In this document: positions 43,518-52,417 of the stretch, in pieces
Position numbering within the stretch: the first letter of the stretch is position 1
Layout: every line of letters begins with the position of its first letter
Assembly: GCA_934130935.1 (NCBI GenBank)
Contig: CAKOYQ010000004.1
Coordinates: forward strand, 27,060 to 91,059
Direction of reading: 5' to 3'
Length of the DNA stretch: 64,000 bases
Origin: an uncultured Clostridia bacterium
GTDB taxonomy: Bacteria > Bacillota > Clostridia > TANB77 > CAG-508
Notes under the pieces: model-generated
Seen by the model: the letters and a program-made list of their open reading frames with translations, nothing else
What the model was told of the DNA's origin: nothing
The model's database searches: none
Translations under genes and position numbers: made by a program

Positions 43518-43763
43518 TTTTTCTCCAATTTTTTAAATTTTTTATTATTTTTATATCACAATAATAAGTTAATGTCTTTATACTGGTAAGTCAGTACAAT
43601 TTATTTTCAGTGCCTTAAGAAATATATTTTTCTATTCTATCCAAAAAAAAAGCTAATTTTTAAAATTAACTTTTTGTTAGATATTATTTCAATAACTACA
43701 TTTTTTATATTGAATAATATATGTATTCTATTAGACATAAAAGAGGTTACATTTAGTTTGTAT

Positions 43764-43806
43764 TATCAAAGTTTTGCGCAAAAAGAGATAGGAGTAAAAT
43801 AGTAGA
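43764..43806. repeat. Intergenic repeat A, copy 2 (partial; contains the TTTTGCGCAAAA palindrome)
   Basis: TATCAAAGTTTTGCGCAAAAAGAGATAGGAGTAAAATAGTAG. Confidence 0.7.
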
Positions 43807-43906
43807 CCCCCCTTCCAGAGTCCTACTCACAAGCTCTTGTAACTACTTTTAAATAATTTTTCTATTTAAAATTTAATTTCATTACTTAATAATTTTTATT
43901 TCACAA

Positions 43907-43940
43907 TATATTTTATAGCATGCTGATATTTCTGGAATTT
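43907..43940. repeat. Intergenic repeat B, copy 2
   Basis: ATATTTTATAGCATGCTGATATTTCTGGAATTTT; same order and orientation relative to repeat A as in copy 1. Confidence 0.7.
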
Positions 43941-43954
43941 TCTTTGTATGCTTT

Positions 43955-44909
43955 TTATTCATTATTTAAAAAATTCATCACTAAATCTATAATTACATCC
44001 TTTTCTTTTGGATTTGATTCTGCAATTAATAAAGTAAGAGCTGTTAATGTATTGTTGTCAATTACTTGATTTCCATTTTTATATAATATTCCATAAAAAT
44101 TTAGAAAATATATAAATAAAGTTGCTGCAATTCTTTTGTTTCCATCGGCAAATACATGATTTTTTACTATTAAATATAAGAAATTTGCTCCTTTTTCTTC
44201 TATACTCTTGTAAATATCTTGTCCGTGCAAAGCTTTGATAAATGTTACCAATAATCGATTCTAATCCTTTATCTCTTTCAACTGCAAAAAGCGAACTTTC
44301 TTCATTAAATCTTAATTTATTAATTATATCTATACATTCTTGGTATCCAATTTTTCTATCATCTGTATTTCCTTCAATTTTCTTTAAAGTTCTATGATCA
44401 TAATCATCTAATAAGTCTAATGCTTTTGAATATCCTCCAATTACCTTCAATATTTCTTTTGCATCATTTCCTTCTAGTCTTTCATCAATGCGGTTTGCAA
44501 TATCTATAAGTTTTATAGTTTTTTCTAAGTACTCTAGTCTTTTTTGATTTACAGCATAACCTTTTAACATGTAGTCTTTTAGTATGTTTGTTGCCCATTT
44601 TCTGAACAAAATACCTTGTTTGCTATTTACTCTATATCCAATAGAAATAATCATATCTAAATTGTAATATTGTACATTATATCTTTTGCCATCTTCAGCA
44701 GTATGCTCAAAAAATGAGCATACTGAGCTTTCTACTAATTCTTCATCTTTATAAATATTTTGAATATGACGAGTGATTGTTCTTCTATCTTTCCCAAATA
44801 ATTCTGCCATTTGTTTTTGTGTAAGCCACACAGTTTCATCTTTTAAGTTTACTTCTAATTTTACTCCTTGGTTTTCAAATAAAATAATTTCATTCTTTTT
44901 TTCGTCCAT
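43955..44909 (-). pseudogene. RhuM-family virulence protein fused to a Fic/Doc domain, frameshifted (ORFs 44079..44909 and 43955..44251 overlap in different frames)
   Basis: RhuM N-terminal domain LKDETVWLTQKQMAELFGKDRRTITRHI...YNLDMIISIGYRVNSKQGILFRKWAT. Fic motif HVFADGNKRIAA in the second ORF. Confidence 0.7.
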
Positions 44910-45005
44910 AAGAACACATCCTTTATTATATAAAATTTAATTCTTATTTTATAATAAGAACAAACATTTGTCTATAGTTTTAAACAAAATTATTAGCTAT
45001 TTTAG

Positions 45006-45062
45006 AAAAAAGTTCCGGGTATCAAAGTTTTGCGCAAAAAGAGATAGGAGTAAAATAATAGA
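45006..45062. repeat. Intergenic repeat A, copy 3
   Basis: AAAAAGTTCCGGGTATCAAAGTTTTGCGCAAAAAGAGATAGGAGTAAAATAATAG, about 100 nt upstream of the RhuM/Fic start on the minus strand. Confidence 0.7.
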
Positions 45063-45166
45063 ACACCTTTTTATATATTTTTAACATCATCTAAAGACAT
45101 TTTTCCTATCTTTAATGGTGTCCAAATTTCATGTGATACTGCTATTTCATTTTTGATTATCTTTTA

Positions 45167-46495
45167 TCATAAATTCTCTAATGCTTTTTTTATTGCATAT
45201 ATAAATTTTCTTTCCATTTCAGTCTTATTTTTTTCGCTAATATTGCTAAATGTATGGTTTTTAATACATCTTAAAAAATCATCATAATATCCATTAAAGT
45301 ATAAATCTTTCTTTAATATTTGAATAATTTCTTTTTTATTAAAAAATTCGAATAATTCACTATATTTAACAATATTATAGCGCTTTTTATATATTTCTTT
45401 TTCAAATTTTTCTATTTCTTTTTTTAAGAAATTAAAATTGTAATCTGGTACAAATATTAGTCCATATATTTCGTTTTCGTCAATATTATTATCAGTCTTA
45501 ATATCTTTAATATATTTTCCAAGTTGTGTAGTTTCTTCATTTTTATCAATTCCATTTAGACCAGATTGTATTTTATTTTCAATAATAATTGCTTTATCCT
45601 TACTTATAGCAAAGAGATCCATTCTTCCATGTTTTAATTTCTTTTCTTTTTTTAATTCGAATTTATCTTCTATGTTCAGTTTTTCTTTTATAAATTCATC
45701 GATTAAATTATTACTATTAAGCCAATAATAAAATAAATTTGTATAAATTTGTTCTTCATCTTCTTTTTCTATTAATTGCAAATAATTCATATTTATATTT
45801 TCAACTTTAAAATTATTTATTTTTTCTTTATCTATTCTTGGAGTTTCCATCATTTCAAATAATTTTCCCCTATTATTATTTATAAATTCTTTTATCTTAT
45901 CATAATCATGAAATATCTCGTATTCTGAACCTTTTTTTCTTTTTTCATCTTTAATAAAATATCCTTTTAAACTTGAACTTGGAAGACTTTTTTCTACTTT
46001 TATTATATATTTATCTTCATTATTGTCTTTTTCATTATTTGATATATAAATTTTTACATTATCTTTTGGTTTTAAAACTTTTTTGGCTTTAAATGTTACG
46101 TATATTGCCTCGTCATTTTGTGCATTATATTTGAATATTTGTTCAAGTGTTGCACCTCCATATGTCACATTCTTAAGCTTTTTTAATTGTTCTTTATGTA
46201 TTTCTTCTGTTCCTCGATTTCCTCCTTTATGAATTTGACCATTTTCATCAATTTCAATTACAGCCAAAATTTCTACTCTGTTATTTGACAAAGAACTAGT
46301 TAAAATGATTGTATCAATCCTATCATCTTTTTCTTTTGCCATCCCTCCATATGGCAAAATATAAATATAATTATCACCATTATCATCTTTAAAATAATTT
46401 ATTATTTCATGTCCAATATTGCTAACAGTATAACTTCCTGTACACATTTTATTAATTAAAATTATATCCCTTTTTATTTTTTTATTATCTTCCAT
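45167..46495 (-). CDS. Two-domain protein: unknown N-terminal domain plus C-terminal PD-(D/E)XK nuclease-like domain
   Basis: HGRMDLFAISKDKAIIIENKIQSG...TTQLGKYIKD fits the D..(E/D)xK core seen in PDDEXK-type nucleases. Its start is separated by only 2 nt from the stop of the DUF2779 gene, so they probably form an operon. Confidence 0.5.
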   Translation of the reverse strand: MEDNKKIKRDIILINKMCTGSYTVSNIGHEIINYFKDDNGDNYIYILPYGGMAKEKDDRIDTIILTSSLSNNRVEILAVIEIDENGQIHKGGNRGTEEIHKEQLKKLKNVTYGGATLEQIFKYNAQNDEAIYVTFKAKKVLKPKDNVKIYISNNEKDNNEDKYIIKVEKSLPSSSLKGYFIKDEKRKKGSEYEIFHDYDKIKEFINNNRGKLFEMMETPRIDKEKINNFKVENINMNYLQLIEKEDEEQIYTNLFYYWLNSNNLIDEFIKEKLNIEDKFELKKEKKLKHGRMDLFAISKDKAIIIENKIQSGLNGIDKNEETTQLGKYIKDIKTDNNIDENEIYGLIFVPDYNFNFLKKEIEKFEKEIYKKRYNIVKYSELFEFFNKKEIIQILKKDLYFNGYYDDFLRCIKNHTFSNISEKNKTEMERKFIYAIKKALENL

Positions 46496-46497
46496 TT

Positions 46498-48012
46498 TTA
46501 TTTTTCTCCTATTATTTCTTTAAACCTCTCCCATAACTTTACCATTGCCAATGTATCAAGTTCACAATAAACCAGTAATCCATGTCTTATTTCTTTTTGT
46601 TCTTTTTTAGACTTATTTTTCAAATTCAAGAAAGCCTCTGATGCCTCTTCACCATTATGTACAACTGGCAAATTATGATAATCTAATTCAGGATCATCTG
46701 GATAAAGTGCTGGTAAAACAGCTTTAATCGATGCTGAACCATGCATTTCTTTTGTATAATATTTTCTTTGTTTAAATGGTTCAAGAAAATCTACAATATT
46801 ACTATTTATTCTATCCATTTCATCTTTTAAATCTGGATACATCCTTGCTATTTCATTATTTCGAGCAGGTTCAAAAGATTTATTATAAATAATTACGCTT
46901 CCATTTTCAGGCATATCTTTTATCATACTTTCTGCAAAATGCCTGATATAATCTGGGTCATCAATTTCGGCTAAAAACTCTTTATGTTCTATTGGTGCTC
47001 CTTTTTCTTTTATAATATGTAATGAGTATTGAAAAGGTAGTTGTTGATATGGCCTTGTTCCTTCAATTTCTGGTATTGCTAATTGATATGTCTCATAATC
47101 TATAAAATATAATGGATATTTAAGAGAATCCATTAATTCTTTTATTGCTTCTTTTTCTATTTTGGGTTTTAAATTATTTAATTCAAAATCAATTTGTTCT
47201 AAAAATTTAGGATTTAAATCTTCATTTTGTAGGTCTTTAAAAGATATTTTTCCTTCATAATATTTTTCGAATTTTTTCGAATTATGCATTCCTCCACCAA
47301 TATCAAAAACATTTGGTCTTGGTAAATTTCTTGTACAATATTCCCAAAATTCGCATTTATAAGGCTTAAGACATTTCATTCCTATGTCTTCTTTAGGTTC
47401 ATTATTCTTGTCATGTTCATTCATATATTTATTTGTTATTTCAATATTTTTTCTTATCTCATCTTGTTTTGATTTTGCTATATCTGTTATATCTTCTATG
47501 TTAAATAATTTTTCTATTTCTAATTTTTTTCCTCTTATATATTGATTATTTATATATACAATACAAACTTTTTTAACATTTAGTCCAAGATTAGATAAAA
47601 CAAAATATTGATATGAAGCATCATCTAAATAGATATCCTGTACTTCTGTTGAACTTTTTACTTCATATATTTCCATACCGTCTAAATTGTTTTTTAATAT
47701 GTCTACACTACAAAAATTATTGTCATAGTTAAATGATGCTTCTGTTATTATATTAGGCTTATTTTTCAATAATTTTCTTGTTTCTGCAACCATAATATTT
47801 AAATCTTTGTTGAATTCAATGTTTGTATAGTCTCCGAATAGATTTCTTGCAAGTTCTCCTACTTCTGTTCCATTTTTCAAAACTGAATCTCTTGAAGTTG
47901 GAATTGCAACTTCTGATTTATACTTGTCCATCCATAATATTTTGTTACATTGAATAGATTTACAATATTTTGATTTTGATAAATGAATTTTATTCATAAC
48001 ATTTCCTTTCAC
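46498..48012 (-). CDS. DUF2779-family protein (Cas4/RecB-like PD-(D/E)XK nuclease N-domain with a Cys cluster, plus a C-terminal domain)
   Basis: N-terminus LSKSKYCKSIQCNKILWMD, a D/EVK core (GMEIYEVKSS), Cys cluster KCLKPYKCEFWEYC, and C-terminal FIDYETYQLAIPEIEGTRPYQQLPFQYSLHII, which is typical of DUF2779. Confidence 0.55.
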   Translation of the reverse strand: MKGNVMNKIHLSKSKYCKSIQCNKILWMDKYKSEVAIPTSRDSVLKNGTEVGELARNLFGDYTNIEFNKDLNIMVAETRKLLKNKPNIITEASFNYDNNFCSVDILKNNLDGMEIYEVKSSTEVQDIYLDDASYQYFVLSNLGLNVKKVCIVYINNQYIRGKKLEIEKLFNIEDITDIAKSKQDEIRKNIEITNKYMNEHDKNNEPKEDIGMKCLKPYKCEFWEYCTRNLPRPNVFDIGGGMHNSKKFEKYYEGKISFKDLQNEDLNPKFLEQIDFELNNLKPKIEKEAIKELMDSLKYPLYFIDYETYQLAIPEIEGTRPYQQLPFQYSLHIIKEKGAPIEHKEFLAEIDDPDYIRHFAESMIKDMPENGSVIIYNKSFEPARNNEIARMYPDLKDEMDRINSNIVDFLEPFKQRKYYTKEMHGSASIKAVLPALYPDDPELDYHNLPVVHNGEEASEAFLNLKNKSKKEQKEIRHGLLVYCELDTLAMVKLWERFKEIIGEK

Positions 48013-48108
48013 GTTTTTTATAAGTTAAAGAGTTTTAAGACTTTTAAATAAATAATACCATAATTAAAAAAAACTTACAATATTTTTTATAATCCATATA
48101 TTTAATTT

Positions 48109-49719
48109 CTAAAAACCTATTCTTGTTATAGACTTTTCTTTTTTTATTGGCATTGTGTTAATTGCTTTTTCTATGTCTCCCTTAAGTATTGAGTTTATAG
48201 CTTTACTCCTAGTTTGTACAATTCTATCAGCTTGTTCGAATTTTACTTTTTCAAATAGGTTTCTAACATATCTTCCATTTCCAAAATTCTCCTCGTTTTT
48301 TGCTTTTTTAAAATTATCACTTAAAATTTCTTTACAGTTGTTTGTTAGTCGGTATTTTTCCTTTTTGCATAATCCATTGAATATTTCTAACAATTCTACC
48401 TCATTATAATCTGGAAAGTTAATTGTAAATTGTATCCTACTTTCAAAACCAGGATTGAGTTTTAGAAGATTTTTCATTTCTTCAGTATAACCTGCAAGTA
48501 TAATACATATTTCGTTTCTGTGGTCTTCCATTTCCTTTATTAATGTTGCAATTGCCTCATCTTCAAAACTTCCCCTTCTATCTGCAACTAAGCTATAAGC
48601 TTCATCAATAAATAAAACACCACCAATAGCTTTTTCCACAGTTTTATGTACTTTTTGAGCAGTCCACCCAACATATTTATCAACTAAATCTCTACCATGT
48701 ATTTCTACAAAGTCTCCACTACCACTTAGTATGTTTTCTTCTTCAAATATCTTTCCTATAGCCCTCGCAATACTTGTCTTTCCAGTTCCTGGATTTCCTG
48801 TAAAGCACATATGTAATGATGGCATTTGTCCTCTCTTTTTGTTTATTTTCACATAATTCAAAATTTTATTGATTTGTTTTTTTACTTCATCAAGTCCGAT
48901 TAAATTATTTAATTCCTCTTTGGCATTTATTTTTTGCTTTTTAGTTTTTCTTATATTTGTATTATTATTATCTGAATAAAATGCTTTATTTTTGTTTAAC
49001 ATTTGTTTATCTATAAAATTAATATTTTTACTTTTACATTCTATTATTAATTTTGTAATCATATTTTTTAAAATCCAAAAAGGAACATCAGCATATGATC
49101 TTAAATCCTGCTTTTTATAAGTTAGTTTTTGCTCATCAAATTTTTTTTTGCAATACATAATTTTGTCATCTAAAGAAATTTTATCTATTGTTATTCTAAA
49201 TGATGCTAATTCCCCAAGTTCGCCATCTGCCTCGCCTTCACAATAATTAGTATCTTCAAATATAAAAATTCTATTTTTATGCTGATTCATAATTCTTCTT
49301 AAATTATCAAATTCGTCATCATAATTAATTCTTAATTTTTTCTCATTAATAACAATTATAGAGTCTTCAATTCCAGAAATCCTGTCAAATAGGCAATCTC
49401 TTCTATTATTTATAATTTTATCAAGATAGCATATTTTATTATTTTCTATGATGTTGTATTTTATAAAAATTTTGGCACAAACTTTTAGTAAATCATTTAA
49501 TAGATTATAAGACGAGTTATTCCTTACAATTATATTATAATTTCCAAAATCTAATTCATTGTTTTGCTTTAGTTTTATGTAAAGTATAATATCTTTTAAA
49601 ATTTCTTTGTTTTGTAAAACTCCACATAAATTGTCTAATTCATTTAATATCTTTTCATCTTCTTCATCTAATAGATATTTTTTTATCATTATTACTCCCC
49701 CTATTTTTTTATTCATCAA
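48109..49719 (-). CDS. AAA+ ATPase of the SpoVK/CbbX subfamily with an unknown ~280-aa N-terminal domain
   Basis: Walker A FTGNPGTGKTSIARAIGKIF, Walker B VLFIDEAYSL and the arginine-finger region of CbbX-type ATPases. Confidence 0.8.
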   Translation of the reverse strand: MMNKKIGGVIMIKKYLLDEEDEKILNELDNLCGVLQNKEILKDIILYIKLKQNNELDFGNYNIIVRNNSSYNLLNDLLKVCAKIFIKYNIIENNKICYLDKIINNRRDCLFDRISGIEDSIIVINEKKLRINYDDEFDNLRRIMNQHKNRIFIFEDTNYCEGEADGELGELASFRITIDKISLDDKIMYCKKKFDEQKLTYKKQDLRSYADVPFWILKNMITKLIIECKSKNINFIDKQMLNKNKAFYSDNNNTNIRKTKKQKINAKEELNNLIGLDEVKKQINKILNYVKINKKRGQMPSLHMCFTGNPGTGKTSIARAIGKIFEEENILSGSGDFVEIHGRDLVDKYVGWTAQKVHKTVEKAIGGVLFIDEAYSLVADRRGSFEDEAIATLIKEMEDHRNEICIILAGYTEEMKNLLKLNPGFESRIQFTINFPDYNEVELLEIFNGLCKKEKYRLTNNCKEILSDNFKKAKNEENFGNGRYVRNLFEKVKFEQADRIVQTRSKAINSILKGDIEKAINTMPIKKEKSITRIGF

Positions 49720-49792
49720 AAAAACACTCTAAAGTTAATATATCAAACTTTAGGGTGTTTTCCAATATCGCTGGTCACGTATTGTAAATTAA

Positions 49793-50788
49793 TTATATTT
49801 TATATTTTTCTATTGCATTTTGAACAACTTCTCTCATTTCATTTCTTAGAGTTTCTGGCCTAACAACTTCGACCATGTCAATATTTCTCATAGCCCACAT
49901 TTTAAATCCCATTGGATTCGAATCTACTATTAATTTAAAATCCTTATCATTCCCTAGTATTCTCTCAATAGTAACATTTTTTCCGAAAATATCAAATATT
50001 GCATTTAAAAGCATTTTATTACAAATTGCTTCAATTTCTTCTTTTTTACCACCAAACATTTCAACTGTAGACTCTGCAAAATCTTTAATCTGAGATTTTG
50101 TCTTTTTAATATTTATTTTTTCGTTTAGTTCTTTTACATTTTTCATTCTATCTAGTCTATAATGATAAAATTTATTTTGACCATCTTTTATTCCTATAAA
50201 ATAAAATTCTTGTTTATTGTATATTATTGCAAATGGTGAGACTGTTGGCGTGCTTACTATTTGTTTTTCTAATTTATTTGTTATTTCATATTTCCAGTAT
50301 TCAAATTTAAGTTTATGGTTATTATAAATACTATTAGAAATATCTTCTATGTTTTTTATTACTTCCGAATTTTCTGTTTTGCTATTTACAGAATATATTT
50401 GATAATCTTTTAATTTTTCATTTTCATATACTGTTTGCAAGTTTTTACATTTTTTTATAATTTCTTTTGCAACATTAGGCACAATATAATTTGCATAACT
50501 AAAATTATCAATTATAGCTCTAACTTCTCCAGGTTCAAAGTCTGTTTCAGGGTCTCTGTTAATGTAATACCCTTTTCCATTGTCTTCTCTAGTACTTATA
50601 TCATAATTTAATTTATATTTTAATAAATTAATATTTCTTCTTATTGTTCTTGTATCTATTTTAACATCATATATTTCTTTAATCTTCCTTTGTATTTCTG
50701 CGGCAGAAAGCATGTGGTCTTCGTCACTATATTTTTTTAATACATTTAATATGTATAATATGTTTCCGTTTTTTTCGTATAAATCCAT
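49793..50788 (-). CDS. WYL-domain transcriptional regulator (wHTH, WYL and C-terminal WCX-like region)
   Basis: N-terminal HTH NILYILNVLKKYSDEDHMLSAAEIQRKI..TRTIRRNINLL. WYL core FAIIYNKQEFYFIGIKDGQNKFYHYRLDRMKNVKEL. Confidence 0.7.
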   Translation of the reverse strand: MDLYEKNGNILYILNVLKKYSDEDHMLSAAEIQRKIKEIYDVKIDTRTIRRNINLLKYKLNYDISTREDNGKGYYINRDPETDFEPGEVRAIIDNFSYANYIVPNVAKEIIKKCKNLQTVYENEKLKDYQIYSVNSKTENSEVIKNIEDISNSIYNNHKLKFEYWKYEITNKLEKQIVSTPTVSPFAIIYNKQEFYFIGIKDGQNKFYHYRLDRMKNVKELNEKINIKKTKSQIKDFAESTVEMFGGKKEEIEAICNKMLLNAIFDIFGKNVTIERILGNDKDFKLIVDSNPMGFKMWAMRNIDMVEVVRPETLRNEMREVVQNAIEKYKI

Positions 50789-50852
50789 AACACTATCCCT
50801 CTTTTTATATATACAACATTCAACTTACTTTTTCTTGATAAATAACTAATTT

Positions 50853-51926
50853 TTAAAATTTCAAAATTCTTTCTATATTATTAATTAATTTTTTTAATTC
50901 TCCAAATGTCAAATCATCGATGTTGTAATTTAATAATGTATATTCATTATTTGCATCACTACCTCTAGCTAATTTTTTTAAATGTAAATCTTCTAATTTT
51001 TTTTCTATATTATTTATTAAAGCATTTCTTTCTTTTACATCATATAATGTATTAACTCTCAATTTTAATGTATTTGCTCTATTGTCATCATCATAATATA
51101 AATTTATTTTTAGGAAAAAATTATTTCCTAATGATGATTTTAATTCTAATGGAATATTTCTCCAAACTGTTGTATTGTAGCCTGTTGAACTTATGCCATA
51201 ACTATCACTATTTTCAAAATTATTAACAAATTTTATATAACGAATTTGTTTAATTTCTTTTCTTGTTAATAAATTACCATCTTTTGTTAATTTTATTTTT
51301 TGTTCTTCTATGTTTTTTAAACATAGTTCCATTTCATTTAAATATTTATAATAATCATATAAGTATTGGTATTTTTCTAAGTTTGCAAATGTATTTAATA
51401 AACCCAACATATCACAACGTTTGAAAACTTTATTTACCATTTTTGTTATTTCATATGTATCTTTCTTTAATTCCTCAAACATTTTATAATAACAAGTTAT
51501 TATATTTTTTTCCTTTAAATCTGAAATATTAATATCTGATAACATTCCATTTTCAGATAATTCCATTAATCCATTTTTATATCTAATAATTTGGTTATCA
51601 TGTATACCAGTATTTATTTTATCTTCAATAATTATTACATATTTATTTTCAATTACAACAAGTATATCAATAGCAACATAATCCTCTTTGTTAAATTTTC
51701 TTTTGAATTGTTTATAAATATTTACTTTTAAAGTGTCTTTTTTTAATACTGCTTTCAGGTCTTCGTTTTCAGATGGTTCTACTATTTGTCCGATAAATTT
51801 TTTTGCAAAATTAATTATTTCTTTATTTTCAGAATTCTCTGGAATATTAATCCAATTTATTAGCCAACATATAAAAGCATCATGTGATATTTCTTTTGTA
51901 ATAAACTTAAAAATATTATTTTCCAT
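50853..51926 (-). CDS. PD-(D/E)XK nuclease-family protein (N-terminal nuclease-like domain plus C-terminal unknown domain)
   Basis: EISHDAFICWLINW and AIDILVVIENKYVIIIEDKINTGIHDNQIIRY match the PDDEXK pattern. The arrangement is similar to the 45167..46495 protein. Confidence 0.5.
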   Translation of the reverse strand: MENNIFKFITKEISHDAFICWLINWINIPENSENKEIINFAKKFIGQIVEPSENEDLKAVLKKDTLKVNIYKQFKRKFNKEDYVAIDILVVIENKYVIIIEDKINTGIHDNQIIRYKNGLMELSENGMLSDINISDLKEKNIITCYYKMFEELKKDTYEITKMVNKVFKRCDMLGLLNTFANLEKYQYLYDYYKYLNEMELCLKNIEEQKIKLTKDGNLLTRKEIKQIRYIKFVNNFENSDSYGISSTGYNTTVWRNIPLELKSSLGNNFFLKINLYYDDDNRANTLKLRVNTLYDVKERNALINNIEKKLEDLHLKKLARGSDANNEYTLLNYNIDDLTFGELKKLINNIERILKF

Positions 51927-51984
51927 TTTCTATTTTTCCTTTCAGTCCATTCTTCTAACTAAAAAATTCATTTTGTCTATACTT

Positions 51985-52401
51985 TTAAACAATTTTTATC
52001 CAATATCTTAAATAATTATATCCATCATCATTATTTATATAAACACTTTCAAAAATTCCACCATTTTTTTCTATTACTTTTTTTGATGCAAAATTAAAGT
52101 CTTTGCAAGTAATTAAAATATTATTAATATCTGTATTTCTAAATTTTTCTAATGCTAATCCTAGCATTTTACTTGCATGTCCTTTTCCCCTTTGACTTGG
52201 TCTAATACCATAACCTATTAAACCTCCAAAACTCATTAAGATTGGTACTTTTTTCCACCTTATTCCTATTGCACCTACTATTTCATCTTTATTATCCACA
52301 GCTAAATATAATGTATGTGGTGAATAACTTTTAGGCAGATTTTCTTCATACATTTCAATAATTTTTTTCTCATCAGTTACTTCTATTTCTCTTAATTTCA
52401 T
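51985..52401 (-). CDS. GNAT-family N-acetyltransferase
   Basis: Acetyl-CoA binding motif RGKGHASKMLGLALE. Confidence 0.7.
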   Translation of the reverse strand: MKLREIEVTDEKKIIEMYEENLPKSYSPHTLYLAVDNKDEIVGAIGIRWKKVPILMSFGGLIGYGIRPSQRGKGHASKMLGLALEKFRNTDINNILITCKDFNFASKKVIEKNGGIFESVYINNDDGYNYLRYWIKIV

Positions 52402-52417
52402 ATAATATTAATCTCCT

